This document shows positions 8,875-19,436 of a stretch of 64,000 nucleotides of DNA, in pieces. Source of the DNA: Promethearchaeia archaeon (GTDB lineage Archaea > Asgardarchaeota > Lokiarchaeia > Sigyniarchaeales > SOKP01); the NCBI GenBank assembly GCA_029856155.1, contig JAHQWL010000052.1, positions 96,001 through 160,000 of the forward strand, written 5' to 3'. The notes under the pieces are model-generated. The model saw only the letters and a list, made by a program, of their open reading frames with translations, was not told the origin of the DNA and made no database searches. The translations under genes were made by a program, and so were the position numbers. Positions within the stretch are counted from its first letter, which is position 1; each line of letters opens with the position of its first letter.

Positions 8875-10731
8875 TTGGATACAAAAAATAAAGAAGGCAC
8901 TATTTCTAAAAAAGAATTCCAAGAAATTATAAATAATTTAGATATTGGATATTTTAAAGGTGAATTAAATGGAAAGTTATTAATCCATAATAGTGCCATT
9001 AATAAGATCATTGGCATCGATCCATCACTAGATTTGACTGGATCTTATTCATCACAATTTTCCTCTGATCCCGAAGTTTTAGAGAGGTACCATAATGATT
9101 TAAAGAAAAATAGGCATGTTAAAGATTTTATTATGAAAATAAGGAACCCTAAAGGGCAATTTCTTTATATTCAATTCAATTCACATCTAATTGAAGATGG
9201 TGACCAACTGCTTGTAGAAGGAACTGTAATTGATGTAACAGAAAAATACCTTCTAGAACGTAACTTAATGGATACTGAAAAAAAGTTTAATTTGATTGCT
9301 AATAATACTAACGACTTAATTGCTATCTTAAATCAAGATTTTGAGTATATATTTATCAATGAAAATGCTTATTACTCGGTATTAGGATATAAAAAGGAAG
9401 AGGTGCTTGGAAAAAGACCGAGAGAGTTCAACCATCCCGACGATCTCAAACGTGTTTCTAATGCAATAAAACAAGGTTTATTAGAGGGAATAGTACAAGA
9501 AGAATTCCGTATTAAGCATAAGGATGGACACTATATTTGGGTGGAAACAAAAGGCAAATATTTAATGGAAGACAATAAGCTAAAGGGAGTTATAATGATT
9601 TCAAGAGATATCACTAATCGAAAGAATAGTGAGAAGAAAATACAGGAATCTGAAAGAAAATATCGTTCTTTATTTGAATCCAGTACTGATGGGATTTATT
9701 CAGCAGATATGGAAGGTAATTTTATCGAATTTAACAAAGCCTTTCTTAAAATGCTGGGCTATTCGAAAGAACAACTCTTGAATTTAAATTTACGCCAGAT
9801 AACACCATCAAAATGGTATGAAATCGAAGATAACATGCTTTTTACGCACTTAGCTGTTGGTGAAAGTAAAATCTATGAAAAGGAATATGTGCAAAAGAAT
9901 GGTACGATCCTTCCTGTAAGTGTTAGATTTTGGATTTTACAAGATGAACAAGATGATCCGTATAGAATTTGGGCAATTGTGAGAGATATTACTGAACATA
10001 AACAAATTGAACAAGAACTAATAGAAATTAACAAATTAAAATCTGAGTTTTTAAGAAGAGCTTCTCATGAATTAAAAACGCCACTAGTTTCAATCAAAGG
10101 TTTTTCTGAATTAATACTATCGTCATATTTAGAAGATTTAAATCCTGATATAATTTCAAAATTAGGAGAAATAAATAGTGGGGTTGAACGATTACAAAAT
10201 ATAATTAATGATCTTTTACAAACTTCCAGATTAGAATCAGCAGACTTAAAGCCTAGACTTATTAGAGAAGATTTATCCTTTCTTATTAATTTTTGTGTCG
10301 AAGAACTTCATCCTCTTTCAGCAAAAAGAGAACATTCGATCAATACGGAAATTGAAGATTCTATTATAACAAAATTTGAAAAAGAAGAAATCCATGACGT
10401 AATCTCAAATTTATTGTTGAATGCGATAAAATACACTCCTCAGGGAGGTTGGATAGATGTCAGATCTGAGATAAAAGACGATCTTGTGATTATATCGATA
10501 GAAGATAACGGAATAGGTTTTACGGAAGAAGAAAAAGGTAAGATATTTAAACAATTTGGAAAAGTTGAACGATATGGACAAGGATTAGATTTAGGAATTG
10601 ATGGGACTGGTTTAGGTTTATATATTTCAAAAAGAATTGTAGAATCTCATGGTGGGAAAATTTGGATGGAATCTGAAGGCAAAAATAAAGGAAGCACTTT
10701 TTATTTCTCACTTCCACTTTTAGATGATTAA
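8875..10731 (+). CDS. Soluble multi-PAS sensor histidine kinase
   Basis: Three PAS/PAC units; H-box SHELKTPL; N-box NLLLNAIKY; DNGIG and GTGLGL G-boxes. Confidence 0.93.
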   Translation: MDTKNKEGTISKKEFQEIINNLDIGYFKGELNGKLLIHNSAINKIIGIDPSLDLTGSYSSQFSSDPEVLERYHNDLKKNRHVKDFIMKIRNPKGQFLYIQFNSHLIEDGDQLLVEGTVIDVTEKYLLERNLMDTEKKFNLIANNTNDLIAILNQDFEYIFINENAYYSVLGYKKEEVLGKRPREFNHPDDLKRVSNAIKQGLLEGIVQEEFRIKHKDGHYIWVETKGKYLMEDNKLKGVIMISRDITNRKNSEKKIQESERKYRSLFESSTDGIYSADMEGNFIEFNKAFLKMLGYSKEQLLNLNLRQITPSKWYEIEDNMLFTHLAVGESKIYEKEYVQKNGTILPVSVRFWILQDEQDDPYRIWAIVRDITEHKQIEQELIEINKLKSEFLRRASHELKTPLVSIKGFSELILSSYLEDLNPDIISKLGEINSGVERLQNIINDLLQTSRLESADLKPRLIREDLSFLINFCVEELHPLSAKREHSINTEIEDSIITKFEKEEIHDVISNLLLNAIKYTPQGGWIDVRSEIKDDLVIISIEDNGIGFTEEEKGKIFKQFGKVERYGQGLDLGIDGTGLGLYISKRIVESHGGKIWMESEGKNKGSTFYFSLPLLDD

Positions 10732-10866
10732 TTTTAGAATTTCTTACTTTAAGAACTAAAGGTGAATTTATCTTGAATTTTCGATATTTTAATTGTCTAA
10801 AATTTAAAATAGAGAAAAAGGCATGGAAAAATTCATTAATTATAATAAATTCATAATTAATGTTTT

Positions 10867-11475
10867 ATGACAGAAGATTTACCCGAGAAAATTCAATTAG
10901 AGGGAATAATTGAAGAAGATAAAGTTATAATTACTGATAAAAAGGGAATTGAAGAATTCCATAACATTTCATATATAGGAACTATTGAAAAAGATAATAA
11001 TGGGCAAGAGATTTTAACACTTAGTCCTATTGAGGTATTACTCTTATCTGAAAGGAATAGAATATTATTATGGGAAAGTAATGATAAGAATAAGTTGTTG
11101 TATGACTTTGAAAATATAATAACTTATTTTACTCAATTTGATGATAGATTATGGCATAAATATATAATCTACAGCGATTTAAGAAAAAGGGGATATATTG
11201 TCCGTACAGGTTATGGTGATGGAATCGATTTTCGAGTATATAAGAGAGGAGCTGATTTTGAAAAAGATTCTGCAAAGTTCCTAATATTTCCAGTATTTGA
11301 AGGAAATCCAATTGAATTGAGAGATCTGGATAAGATGTCCAGAGTTGCTATGAGCTCTCGGAAAGATCTGATAGTTGCCACCGTGGATAGGTTAAGTAAA
11401 CCCATTTACTACAGCGTCAAAAAGTTCCAAATTTTAAATAAGGAAGACAATAACAATATAAATAATGCCAGATAG
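10867..11475 (+). CDS. endA: tRNA-splicing endonuclease subunit (probably the structural, non-catalytic type)
   Basis: YSDLRKRGYIVRTG..GIDFRVY and RVAMSSRKDL motifs; catalytic Tyr and His positions not conserved. Confidence 0.85.
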   Translation: MTEDLPEKIQLEGIIEEDKVIITDKKGIEEFHNISYIGTIEKDNNGQEILTLSPIEVLLLSERNRILLWESNDKNKLLYDFENIITYFTQFDDRLWHKYIIYSDLRKRGYIVRTGYGDGIDFRVYKRGADFEKDSAKFLIFPVFEGNPIELRDLDKMSRVAMSSRKDLIVATVDRLSKPIYYSVKKFQILNKEDNNNINNAR

Positions 11476-13105
11476 ATTTGTTTGTGACACATCAATAATT
11501 TTGAATGGTCAAATTCTTACCCTAATTGAAGATGGTGAGTTGGGGGAAAAACCAGAAATTTTTATATCAAATATTGTTGTTGCGGAAGTTGAATATAGGA
11601 CCAATGTTCATAAAGAAATTGGCTTTTTCGGCTTAAGAGTTCTAAAGGAATTAAGAACTCTTCATGATAAAGGCGAAATTATATTACATATTGTAGGTAA
11701 ACGCCCTTCTAGAGAAGAAATTAAAATGGCTCCAGGGGGGGAATTGGATGCATTGATTAGAGAATATGCAAAAGAGAATAATGCTATTTTAATAACCGCA
11801 GATAGAATACAAGGAGATGTCGGAGAATTTGAAGGATTAGAAGTCCTTTTTGCTTGGGAAAAAAAATCAAAGGAAGAACTCTTACCTATATCTTTAAAGA
11901 TATTAGAATATTTTGATGAGGAAACTATGAGTGTCCATCTCAAACAAAATATACCTCCTTATGCTAAAAAAGGTTCTCCCGGGAGTTGGCGATTACAAAA
12001 AATCAGCGATGCACCAATATCAAATAAGTTGATAGAGGATATTGCAATGGAGATTGCTGAAGTGACTAGAGAAGATCAACATTCATTTATTGAGATTGAA
12101 AAGGAAGGCGCTGTGGTGGCGCAAATGAGGGAATTTAGAATAGTTATTACCCGCCCTCCTTTCTCGAAGGATGTTGAAATTACTGCAGTACGACCTCTTG
12201 TAAGTTTACAATTATCTGATTATTCAATTGATAGTAGATTACAAAAAAGATTGCATAAAGCGGAAGGAATACTTGTATCAGGTCCACCAGGAGCGGGAAA
12301 ATCAACTTTTTCGGCAGCATTAGCAAATTACTATTTAAAACAAGAGAAAGTAGTAAAAACGTTAGAAAGTGTTAGAGACTTACAAGTGGAGCCGGAAATA
12401 ACTCAATATACTAAACTAGAAGGCAACCTTGAGAATTCTGCAGATATTCTTTTACTTGTAAGACCCGATTTTACTATATTTGATGAAGTTAGAACAACAA
12501 AAGATTTCCAAATTTATTCCGACTTTCGCTTATCAGGAGTAGGGATGGTTGGTGTAGTTCATTCATCTTCAGCAATAGATGCGGTTCAAAGATTTATTGG
12601 TCGAATAGAGCTTGGCATGCTTCCATCAATTATAGATACAATAATTTTCATTGAAGGTGGAGATATTTCAACAGTTTTTGTATTAAAAATGACTGTCAAA
12701 GTACCTTATGGTTTCAGAGATAAAGATTTAGCTAGACCTGTAGTAGAAGTAAGAAATTTTAAAAACGATCGCTTAGAATTTGAGATTTATAATTTTGGAA
12801 ATGATGTGGTTGTAAATCCCATAAAAGAGAAATATACTTCAAGAGAAAGAGGAATTCCCTCAAGTCGAATGAAAAAAGATAAAAGAATCGATTTGGATAT
12901 CGATGTTAAAAAACAAAAAATAATACTTAGAGCTAATCCTGAATATGCAAGCCAAAATATCGAAATTTATGCTAACAATCAACAGATTTTTACAGGCTCT
13001 TTAAGCCGTAATAGTGATATATCTCTTTCATTATCAAACAAAGAGGGAAAAAAAATATTTAAAGAATTAAATAATGGGAAAGAAATTTATGCTAAAATAA
13101 AATAG
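11465..13105 (+). CDS. PIN-domain ATPase (PINA family)
   Basis: N-terminal PIN domain (VCDTS, ITAD); Walker A GPPGAGKST; RPDFTIFDEVR; GMVGVVH; C-terminal KH-like region. Confidence 0.9.
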   Translation: MPDRFVCDTSIILNGQILTLIEDGELGEKPEIFISNIVVAEVEYRTNVHKEIGFFGLRVLKELRTLHDKGEIILHIVGKRPSREEIKMAPGGELDALIREYAKENNAILITADRIQGDVGEFEGLEVLFAWEKKSKEELLPISLKILEYFDEETMSVHLKQNIPPYAKKGSPGSWRLQKISDAPISNKLIEDIAMEIAEVTREDQHSFIEIEKEGAVVAQMREFRIVITRPPFSKDVEITAVRPLVSLQLSDYSIDSRLQKRLHKAEGILVSGPPGAGKSTFSAALANYYLKQEKVVKTLESVRDLQVEPEITQYTKLEGNLENSADILLLVRPDFTIFDEVRTTKDFQIYSDFRLSGVGMVGVVHSSSAIDAVQRFIGRIELGMLPSIIDTIIFIEGGDISTVFVLKMTVKVPYGFRDKDLARPVVEVRNFKNDRLEFEIYNFGNDVVVNPIKEKYTSRERGIPSSRMKKDKRIDLDIDVKKQKIILRANPEYASQNIEIYANNQQIFTGSLSRNSDISLSLSNKEGKKIFKELNNGKEIYAKIK

Positions 13106-13121
13106 TTCTATTTTAATGAAA

Positions 13122-13955
13122 TTAGGATTCAATCATACCTGACTTCTTCAATAATATTAACCCATCTAAAGTCCATATTGGTCTCCACCAAGGTAAATCC
13201 TGATAGATTATTTTTAGACCACCATCGTCTTTAAGACCATTAAAAAAATTATCTGCTTCATTTTCTACCACTTCTTTATCCACATTATAGAGAGCATGAT
13301 ACCAATGTCGACCAAATAATGGATAATGTTCTTTATTTTTTTTTAAAATACTCGGTATTTGGTCGATAATATGTTGTAACATCTTTTTTTCCTCTTTGTT
13401 TTCTCCTAAATATTTCAAATACATAAAATAAGGATAATCATAAATTTGGATTTCCTCAGGAATTTGAGTTTTTGCATAAAAGGTTCTTACTATAGAAAAG
13501 AAGTTTTTATCTTCAAACCCAAATTTCTTTAAAAACGCTGCAGCAGCAAAAATTCTTATATGATCAGAGTTTTTCCACCAAGGTTGATAGGGATAATCTT
13601 CAAGGTTTTCTGGGGGGTGATCTATATACCCTTCACTGTTTTGTGAATTAACAACCCATTTAGCTATGTTAGGAACAATATCATTATTAGAAATTTCTAA
13701 TATATCTAAAATATAAAGAGCAGTTTCAGCACCTATTGCAGTACTAGCTGGACATAGCAGATCTGGTTCAATACCATTACCAAATCCACCATCAGAATTT
13801 TGATATGCAACTAATGCTTTAATTACATTCTCTTTCTTATCATTTTCAAAGAAGTATGAAAATAATTTTCTTTCAAGAAGTCTTCCATTTTTAAAAATAA
13901 ACTCTTTTATCTTTTTAATCTGATTTTCATCAAAAGTTCTCATTAAAAATACCAA
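13122..13955 (-). CDS. Terpene cyclase/prenyltransferase-like alpha-barrel protein
   Basis: GRLLER...YQNSDGGFGNGIEPD and SQNSEG QW-like repeats. Confidence 0.7.
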   Translation of the reverse strand: MVFLMRTFDENQIKKIKEFIFKNGRLLERKLFSYFFENDKKENVIKALVAYQNSDGGFGNGIEPDLLCPASTAIGAETALYILDILEISNNDIVPNIAKWVVNSQNSEGYIDHPPENLEDYPYQPWWKNSDHIRIFAAAAFLKKFGFEDKNFFSIVRTFYAKTQIPEEIQIYDYPYFMYLKYLGENKEEKKMLQHIIDQIPSILKKNKEHYPLFGRHWYHALYNVDKEVVENEADNFFNGLKDDGGLKIIYQDLPWWRPIWTLDGLILLKKSGMIES

Positions 13956-13994
13956 ATCATATAAATAAAAAATTTAAAACAGACTAATTAATTT

Positions 13995-14759
13995 TTAATT
14001 TTTATTTACAATTTGTTTTACCTTTTCCATTATTGGAGGAAGAACATCCTCAATTAAATTATCAAATCTAATATCTGCTACATCATCATAGGGTGTATCA
14101 CCCTTATTTAAAAGGATTAATTTAGCACCATATTCTTTCGCATAGCCCGGCATATTTGCTGCGGGTGTAACTACTAATGATGATCCAATAACAAAAAATA
14201 CATCGGAATTTTGAGAGCGTTGTATAGATTCTTCAAGTTCATCATAGGGTAATGGATCACCGAAATTTACAATACTTGAAATTATTCTTCCCTCACAGAA
14301 AGGACATGTTGGCTGACCTTCTCGAACTGGATGTGTTCTATATCCTGAACCCCATATATTTTTGTCCCAACCCGCTTCTTCGAATAACATTTTTTTATTA
14401 CATGATAAACATTTCATGAAATATAAATTTCCGTGAAGTTCACTAAGCATATCAAAGGGAATTCCAGATTTAGCATGTAATCCATCTACGTTTTGGGAAA
14501 TTAAATAGTTTAACTTTTCCATTTCCATCAACTCCACAATTGCGTAATGATTAGGATTAGGTTTCACTTGATCCCAAGGAGGGCTCTTTGGAGGAGAAAG
14601 TCCTTTATCCCGTCTAGTCCAAACGCCATCTGGGCCTCTATAATCAGGTAATCCGCTCCCAGTAGAAATTCCCGCACCAGTAAAAATTACTAATCGTTCT
14701 GATTCAGCTATCCATTTAGCAGCTAAATCAATTTTTTCTTCAAAATCCATAAAAAACAT
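13995..14759 (-). CDS. cobB: Sir2-family NAD-dependent deacylase
   Basis: TGAGISTGSGLPDYRG, SQNVDGLH, ELHGN, two CxxC pairs, GSSLVV. Confidence 0.92.
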   Translation of the reverse strand: MFFMDFEEKIDLAAKWIAESERLVIFTGAGISTGSGLPDYRGPDGVWTRRDKGLSPPKSPPWDQVKPNPNHYAIVELMEMEKLNYLISQNVDGLHAKSGIPFDMLSELHGNLYFMKCLSCNKKMLFEEAGWDKNIWGSGYRTHPVREGQPTCPFCEGRIISSIVNFGDPLPYDELEESIQRSQNSDVFFVIGSSLVVTPAANMPGYAKEYGAKLILLNKGDTPYDDVADIRFDNLIEDVLPPIMEKVKQIVNKN

Positions 14760-14794
14760 AAAAATTATAGACTTTAAAAAGATTTTTGTAATAC

Positions 14795-16054
14795 TTATTT
14801 AATATCGCTTAAATTCACACCTTTAGTTTCCTTTAAAAATACTAGAACTAAGAAAAAGACACCAATGAATAATAAACTAAAGATGAAAAAAGATAGTGCT
14901 AATCCTTGAGTGAATGTAATTATGCTACTTAATATAAGTCCGACTGTTATACCAACTGAACTTGTTAATGTTTTTAATCCCACTCCAGTCCCTCTTGATT
15001 GAGTAGGTATAATTTCTAATGCCATGATACTAATTAAAATACGAAGTCCCCAATATGATAAATTTGCTAATCCTGCTCCAATCATAACCATTGTTAAAGC
15101 ACCTTCTGAAAAATTGACTCCAAGAACAATAATAAATATGGAGATAGGAAATAGAATAGAATAGAGATAGCATAAAGGTCTTCTTCCAATTCTATCAGCA
15201 GTTACTCCAGTAATAAAATATCCTATTATAGATGAAATTCCCATCACCCAGACAACTGTATCAACATCTTCCTTAGTAAAATTATCTGATAAAAAATCCT
15301 CTCCCACTAAAATGAAGAGATTATTCAGACCTATTATCAAACTTATAATAAGAATTACGATAAATTCCTTTCTTCTAGAAGATTTAAAGATTTTCTTTAT
15401 ATTTTCTTTAAACATTTTTGGTTTTTGTGTTAATAAGGAAATATCTTCCTTTATTTCTAGATATTTTGAAGTTTCTTTAAAAGTAAAGAAGATGATTATG
15501 CTTAATGGAATCCCTAATAATATTGCGAAATACGTCATACCTCTCCAATTTATAATAATATCATGAAATGCAGGTATTAATAAAGCCCCCACAACTCCTC
15601 CAATCAGAACTAAGTTAGTATAAAAAGCTCTTTTATCAGAAGGGCTCTCTTCATTAATATATATTACCCATATATCTGAATTGAAGAAAAAATACAATAA
15701 AAACAAAAAACCAGTATACATTATTATATTAGTCGAGAAATTAATTAGTAAGGAAGCTATTCCCATTCCAAAAACCGTGAAAGCTAAGAGGTACTTTCTG
15801 CCTACCCTATCAGCTAGATATTGATTTAGAAATACAAAATACATACCCAAAGTTCCTATAGCTACAAAAATTTGAAAAAGTGAGATTGCTGCATTCGAGG
15901 ATAAATCTGGAAAAAATTCTGCTGAAATATCGGAAACTACAACATTTAGATTATTTGTTGTATACGTATCAAGTATTTCAACAAATATTAAGATAAAAAT
16001 CATATATTTAAAATAGGAGAAAAACTGTCTGCTTCCTTTTTTATTATCACTCAT
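14795..16054 (-). CDS. MFS transporter
   Basis: About 12 TM segments; motif A copies ADRVGRK and ADRIGRR; KETKG at the end. Confidence 0.9.
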   Translation of the reverse strand: MSDNKKGSRQFFSYFKYMIFILIFVEILDTYTTNNLNVVVSDISAEFFPDLSSNAAISLFQIFVAIGTLGMYFVFLNQYLADRVGRKYLLAFTVFGMGIASLLINFSTNIIMYTGFLFLLYFFFNSDIWVIYINEESPSDKRAFYTNLVLIGGVVGALLIPAFHDIIINWRGMTYFAILLGIPLSIIIFFTFKETSKYLEIKEDISLLTQKPKMFKENIKKIFKSSRRKEFIVILIISLIIGLNNLFILVGEDFLSDNFTKEDVDTVVWVMGISSIIGYFITGVTADRIGRRPLCYLYSILFPISIFIIVLGVNFSEGALTMVMIGAGLANLSYWGLRILISIMALEIIPTQSRGTGVGLKTLTSSVGITVGLILSSIITFTQGLALSFFIFSLLFIGVFFLVLVFLKETKGVNLSDIK

Positions 16055-16294
16055 GTTAATATTTTTCTACTGTAAAATATTAAAATCTTTTTCTTTTGAT
16101 ACTAAAAAAAAGAGTATTTTATATAGATTTTTTTAAAGGATTGATCGATAGAGATTGTATTTAAATAAATTGAGCAGTTAATATAACGCCTTATAAATTT
16201 TTGTTTTAATTAAAGTTTAAATAAAACTTATTTGATATTTTAATTGGTATAACAGAGGTTGAGGATTATTTTATCATATACTATTAATTTTGAT

Positions 16295-16663
16295 ATGGAA
16301 GCTTTAAAGCATACTGAAGAAGATTATGAAAATATTGAATGTACGGTATATCAATCCAAATTTATTGATGAAATATCCACATTTTTATATCTTATTATAA
16401 AAATTCCTAAATCTGCTATTAGAGGTATCGTTTGGAATGCATTAAGAGATTGGCAATTAAAGAATAATAAAACTATAGCTAAAATAGCAGAAATGCCAAT
16501 TGGGATAAGATTAAATGCCGTTAAGGAGATATTTTACTTTGGGAGAACTATTTTAAAAAGAATGTTAAATGATCCCAAAGCTAAAAGTGAGATTATTATT
16601 GACATCGCATTTGAAAAAGCGTTTAAATATTACCTTAATTACTTAAATAAAAGTTGTTCTTAA
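16295..16663 (+). CDS. Hypothetical protein
   Basis: ORF; in-frame ATG at 16295 is preferred over TTG at 16259. Confidence 0.55.
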   Translation: MEALKHTEEDYENIECTVYQSKFIDEISTFLYLIIKIPKSAIRGIVWNALRDWQLKNNKTIAKIAEMPIGIRLNAVKEIFYFGRTILKRMLNDPKAKSEIIIDIAFEKAFKYYLNYLNKSCS

Positions 16664-16697
16664 ACACTTACAGGCAAAAAATAAATAATAGATAACT

Positions 16698-17444
16698 TTA
16701 ATTTGAAAAGTAGCTTTTTTTACTGTTTTTTATATCTAATAAATTTATTAGAATTTCGAAATTTCTTTCAAGGTTATAATACTTTATCATCTCAAAAGGT
16801 TCATCAATATTATTCAGAGTTCTTAGGTCGTGAGAATCACATCCAATTGCAACAAGAATTTCATATTCCCTTAATTTTTCAAAAAATCGTTCATATTTAG
16901 GAGAATAAAACGAAGGATAATGTGAGTTAAATTCAAAATAGATATTATGCTTTTTGAGAAATAACATTAATGTATCAAGGTTTCCCATAATGAAATAAGA
17001 AGGATCGAAATGTGCTAACCCTAAAATTGGAGATTTATCTAAATAGGTTAATTTCCAATAATAAATTAAATTTTCAATAAAAGCAATTGACTCCGGACTT
17101 TGAAGATATTCAAATAGAATCAGATCAAATTCATCTGCCTGGAGATAAGTTTTTATAAATTGCTCAGAGCTAGCAAGATCTACTTCAATTCCTTTTAGAA
17201 GAGTTAATTGATCATTATGTTCCGATAAATATTCCTGAATATTTGAAATTTCTTCTAAATATGTCGCAATAATTTCAGAGTTCTTCAAAGTAGATACCCA
17301 CGCTTTCCAAGAGTTAGTAAAATGATCAGTTATAGCAATGTAATCTAATTCTAGTTCAAGCGCTTTTTCTACAATTTGTGTTATTGTTTGTTTTCCATCA
17401 GAATAATTTGAATGAATGTGTAGATTTATTTTTGGAAACGGCAT
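16698..17444 (-). CDS. PHP-domain phosphoesterase
   Basis: NLHIHSNYSDG, AITDH, GIEVD, LAHF and GCDSH metal-binding motifs. Confidence 0.9.
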   Translation of the reverse strand: MPFPKINLHIHSNYSDGKQTITQIVEKALELELDYIAITDHFTNSWKAWVSTLKNSEIIATYLEEISNIQEYLSEHNDQLTLLKGIEVDLASSEQFIKTYLQADEFDLILFEYLQSPESIAFIENLIYYWKLTYLDKSPILGLAHFDPSYFIMGNLDTLMLFLKKHNIYFEFNSHYPSFYSPKYERFFEKLREYEILVAIGCDSHDLRTLNNIDEPFEMIKYYNLERNFEILINLLDIKNSKKSYFSN

Positions 17445-17489
17445 TTTCTAAATTGATATCTTTTATAATAAAAGGAACAATAAAATCTT

Positions 17490-19373
17490 TTAAATACCTA
17501 AGTTTTTTGTTTCCTTATTTATATATAAACTAAAAGGGCCACTAAACAATAAAATTATGCCAAGAAATATCAAAAAAACTAGAAATAAATATTCTCCTGT
17601 TGCAGTAGTACCAAAACTAATACTCTCTATTGAAATTATCTCAAATGTAAATAATGAGATTAATGCAAAAATGAAAATTGCAGAAATTATTTGGAGTGCG
17701 CCTATAATTATATTCGCATAATAAATAGATTTTGCCTTAGTTTTCTTTAGCTCAATGATTCGTCCAATTCCAATATCTATAGCTACTTCATCTTTATTAA
17801 TCCTTTTTATAAAAAAATATACTAATTCTTTTAGTGGAATCACATCAAAGAAAATAGTCCCAATGATGAATACACATATAATTATCAAAATTCGTAATAA
17901 AATAAATGTAAAAATAGAAGGGATTCCAGGTATTGGTGAGGTCAGAACACACAAATTGTTTAATACCCAGATGAATAGTCCAACTAAAATTAGAGCAAAA
18001 GATTTTAATCCAGCGAGTGTTAATATAAGGGAATGACGGTCTGCAATTGTGAGTAAATAGTATGCTACTCCAATACTTAAAATAATTAAACCTGAGAAGA
18101 TAGCTCTCGGTTCTAAGAATAAAGCAAGGATAATACAGATTGACATAACCATGTATGGTAAATAAGGATAAAATGGCGCTTTAAAAGGTCTATCAAGTTC
18201 CTTTCTCTTACGTCGTAGATTAACTGCTGCAAAGTTTATAAATGCTAATCCTATGAAATAAATAAATGTAGTAATGTTTGCAGTAAATCCAATATTAGCA
18301 AACATTAAAGCTAATATAGTAAATGAAATTGTAATTAAAGTTGTGAGGATTAAAATATAAGTTTGTACATTTGTTTTTTTATTTACTTTTAAAAATTTCT
18401 GCGATACATAATGATCTCTAGCAAGAGCATTAAAGATTGCTGTCGCAGAACCTAAAGCCGCATTCATTGCAATAAACGTTGAAATTATAGCGGCAAAACC
18501 CATTAGTATATATCCCGGAAAACTCATTATATCACCTAATATTAATGCTAATAAAATAGAGGATTCACCTAACTTTGATTGTTGAATTCCAAGATTAATA
18601 AGTACAGTAAAAGTGGTTAGTAGATATACACTTAAAGTTATCGTAATTGCTAGAATATTAACTTTAGGAATATTTCTTGAGGGATTTTTTAAATCTGCAT
18701 TTAAGAAGGCCAAATTGGAGGTAATGGTTGTAAAAAAAATGAAAGTAGATGCAAAAACAAAAATAATCTTAAAGAAATCTAAATCTGAGTTTAAAAAACT
18801 TGGATTATAACTTGGTAAATTAGTATTTGGCGCAATAATTAAACCTACAAAAATAAATATACCAAATATTATCAATTGAAATATTGTCAAAGTAATTAAG
18901 GTTCTTAGTGCTATTTTATGGGTTCTGAATACTGCAATTGCAATGAACAATATTGATATAACTGCAATTAAAAGAATAAAGGGCGTATAAAATGGTAAAT
19001 TAAAAAACTCTTGAATAACAATTGCCAAAGCTTGGGCTGAGAATGAAAAGGATGCTATATTAGCAATCCATAAAAAAAAGCCAATTATAAAAGCAAGAAA
19101 TCCTCCTAATGCTTCTTTACTGAAATTATAAGCACCACCAGAAATCGGCAAACTAGTTGATAGTTCACTATAATTTAAAGCAGTGAAAAATATCAAAATT
19201 CCTCCAAGAGATAGACTAATTAGTACGCCTACGCCTGAACCAGCATCACTTATTGCTGATCCTAATAAGATAAATATTGACCCTCCAATTCCACAACCAA
19301 TTCCATATAAAACACCTACCCATAATCCTACTGTTCGTGCAGGATGAATTTGTTTTTGCTCTTTTTCGGTCAA
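17490..19373 (-). CDS. APC-family amino acid permease with extra C-terminal TM helices
   Basis: GIGGSIF, YSELSTSLPISGGAY, KNPSRNIP, RPFKAPFYP. Confidence 0.88.
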   Translation of the reverse strand: MTEKEQKQIHPARTVGLWVGVLYGIGCGIGGSIFILLGSAISDAGSGVGVLISLSLGGILIFFTALNYSELSTSLPISGGAYNFSKEALGGFLAFIIGFFLWIANIASFSFSAQALAIVIQEFFNLPFYTPFILLIAVISILFIAIAVFRTHKIALRTLITLTIFQLIIFGIFIFVGLIIAPNTNLPSYNPSFLNSDLDFFKIIFVFASTFIFFTTITSNLAFLNADLKNPSRNIPKVNILAITITLSVYLLTTFTVLINLGIQQSKLGESSILLALILGDIMSFPGYILMGFAAIISTFIAMNAALGSATAIFNALARDHYVSQKFLKVNKKTNVQTYILILTTLITISFTILALMFANIGFTANITTFIYFIGLAFINFAAVNLRRKRKELDRPFKAPFYPYLPYMVMSICIILALFLEPRAIFSGLIILSIGVAYYLLTIADRHSLILTLAGLKSFALILVGLFIWVLNNLCVLTSPIPGIPSIFTFILLRILIIICVFIIGTIFFDVIPLKELVYFFIKRINKDEVAIDIGIGRIIELKKTKAKSIYYANIIIGALQIISAIFIFALISLFTFEIISIESISFGTTATGEYLFLVFLIFLGIILLFSGPFSLYINKETKNLGI

Positions 19374-19436
19374 ATTTATCGCATTTAATTAATTTACAGC
19401 TAAAAAATTAATATTTTATTGAAAGAATTAAACATA

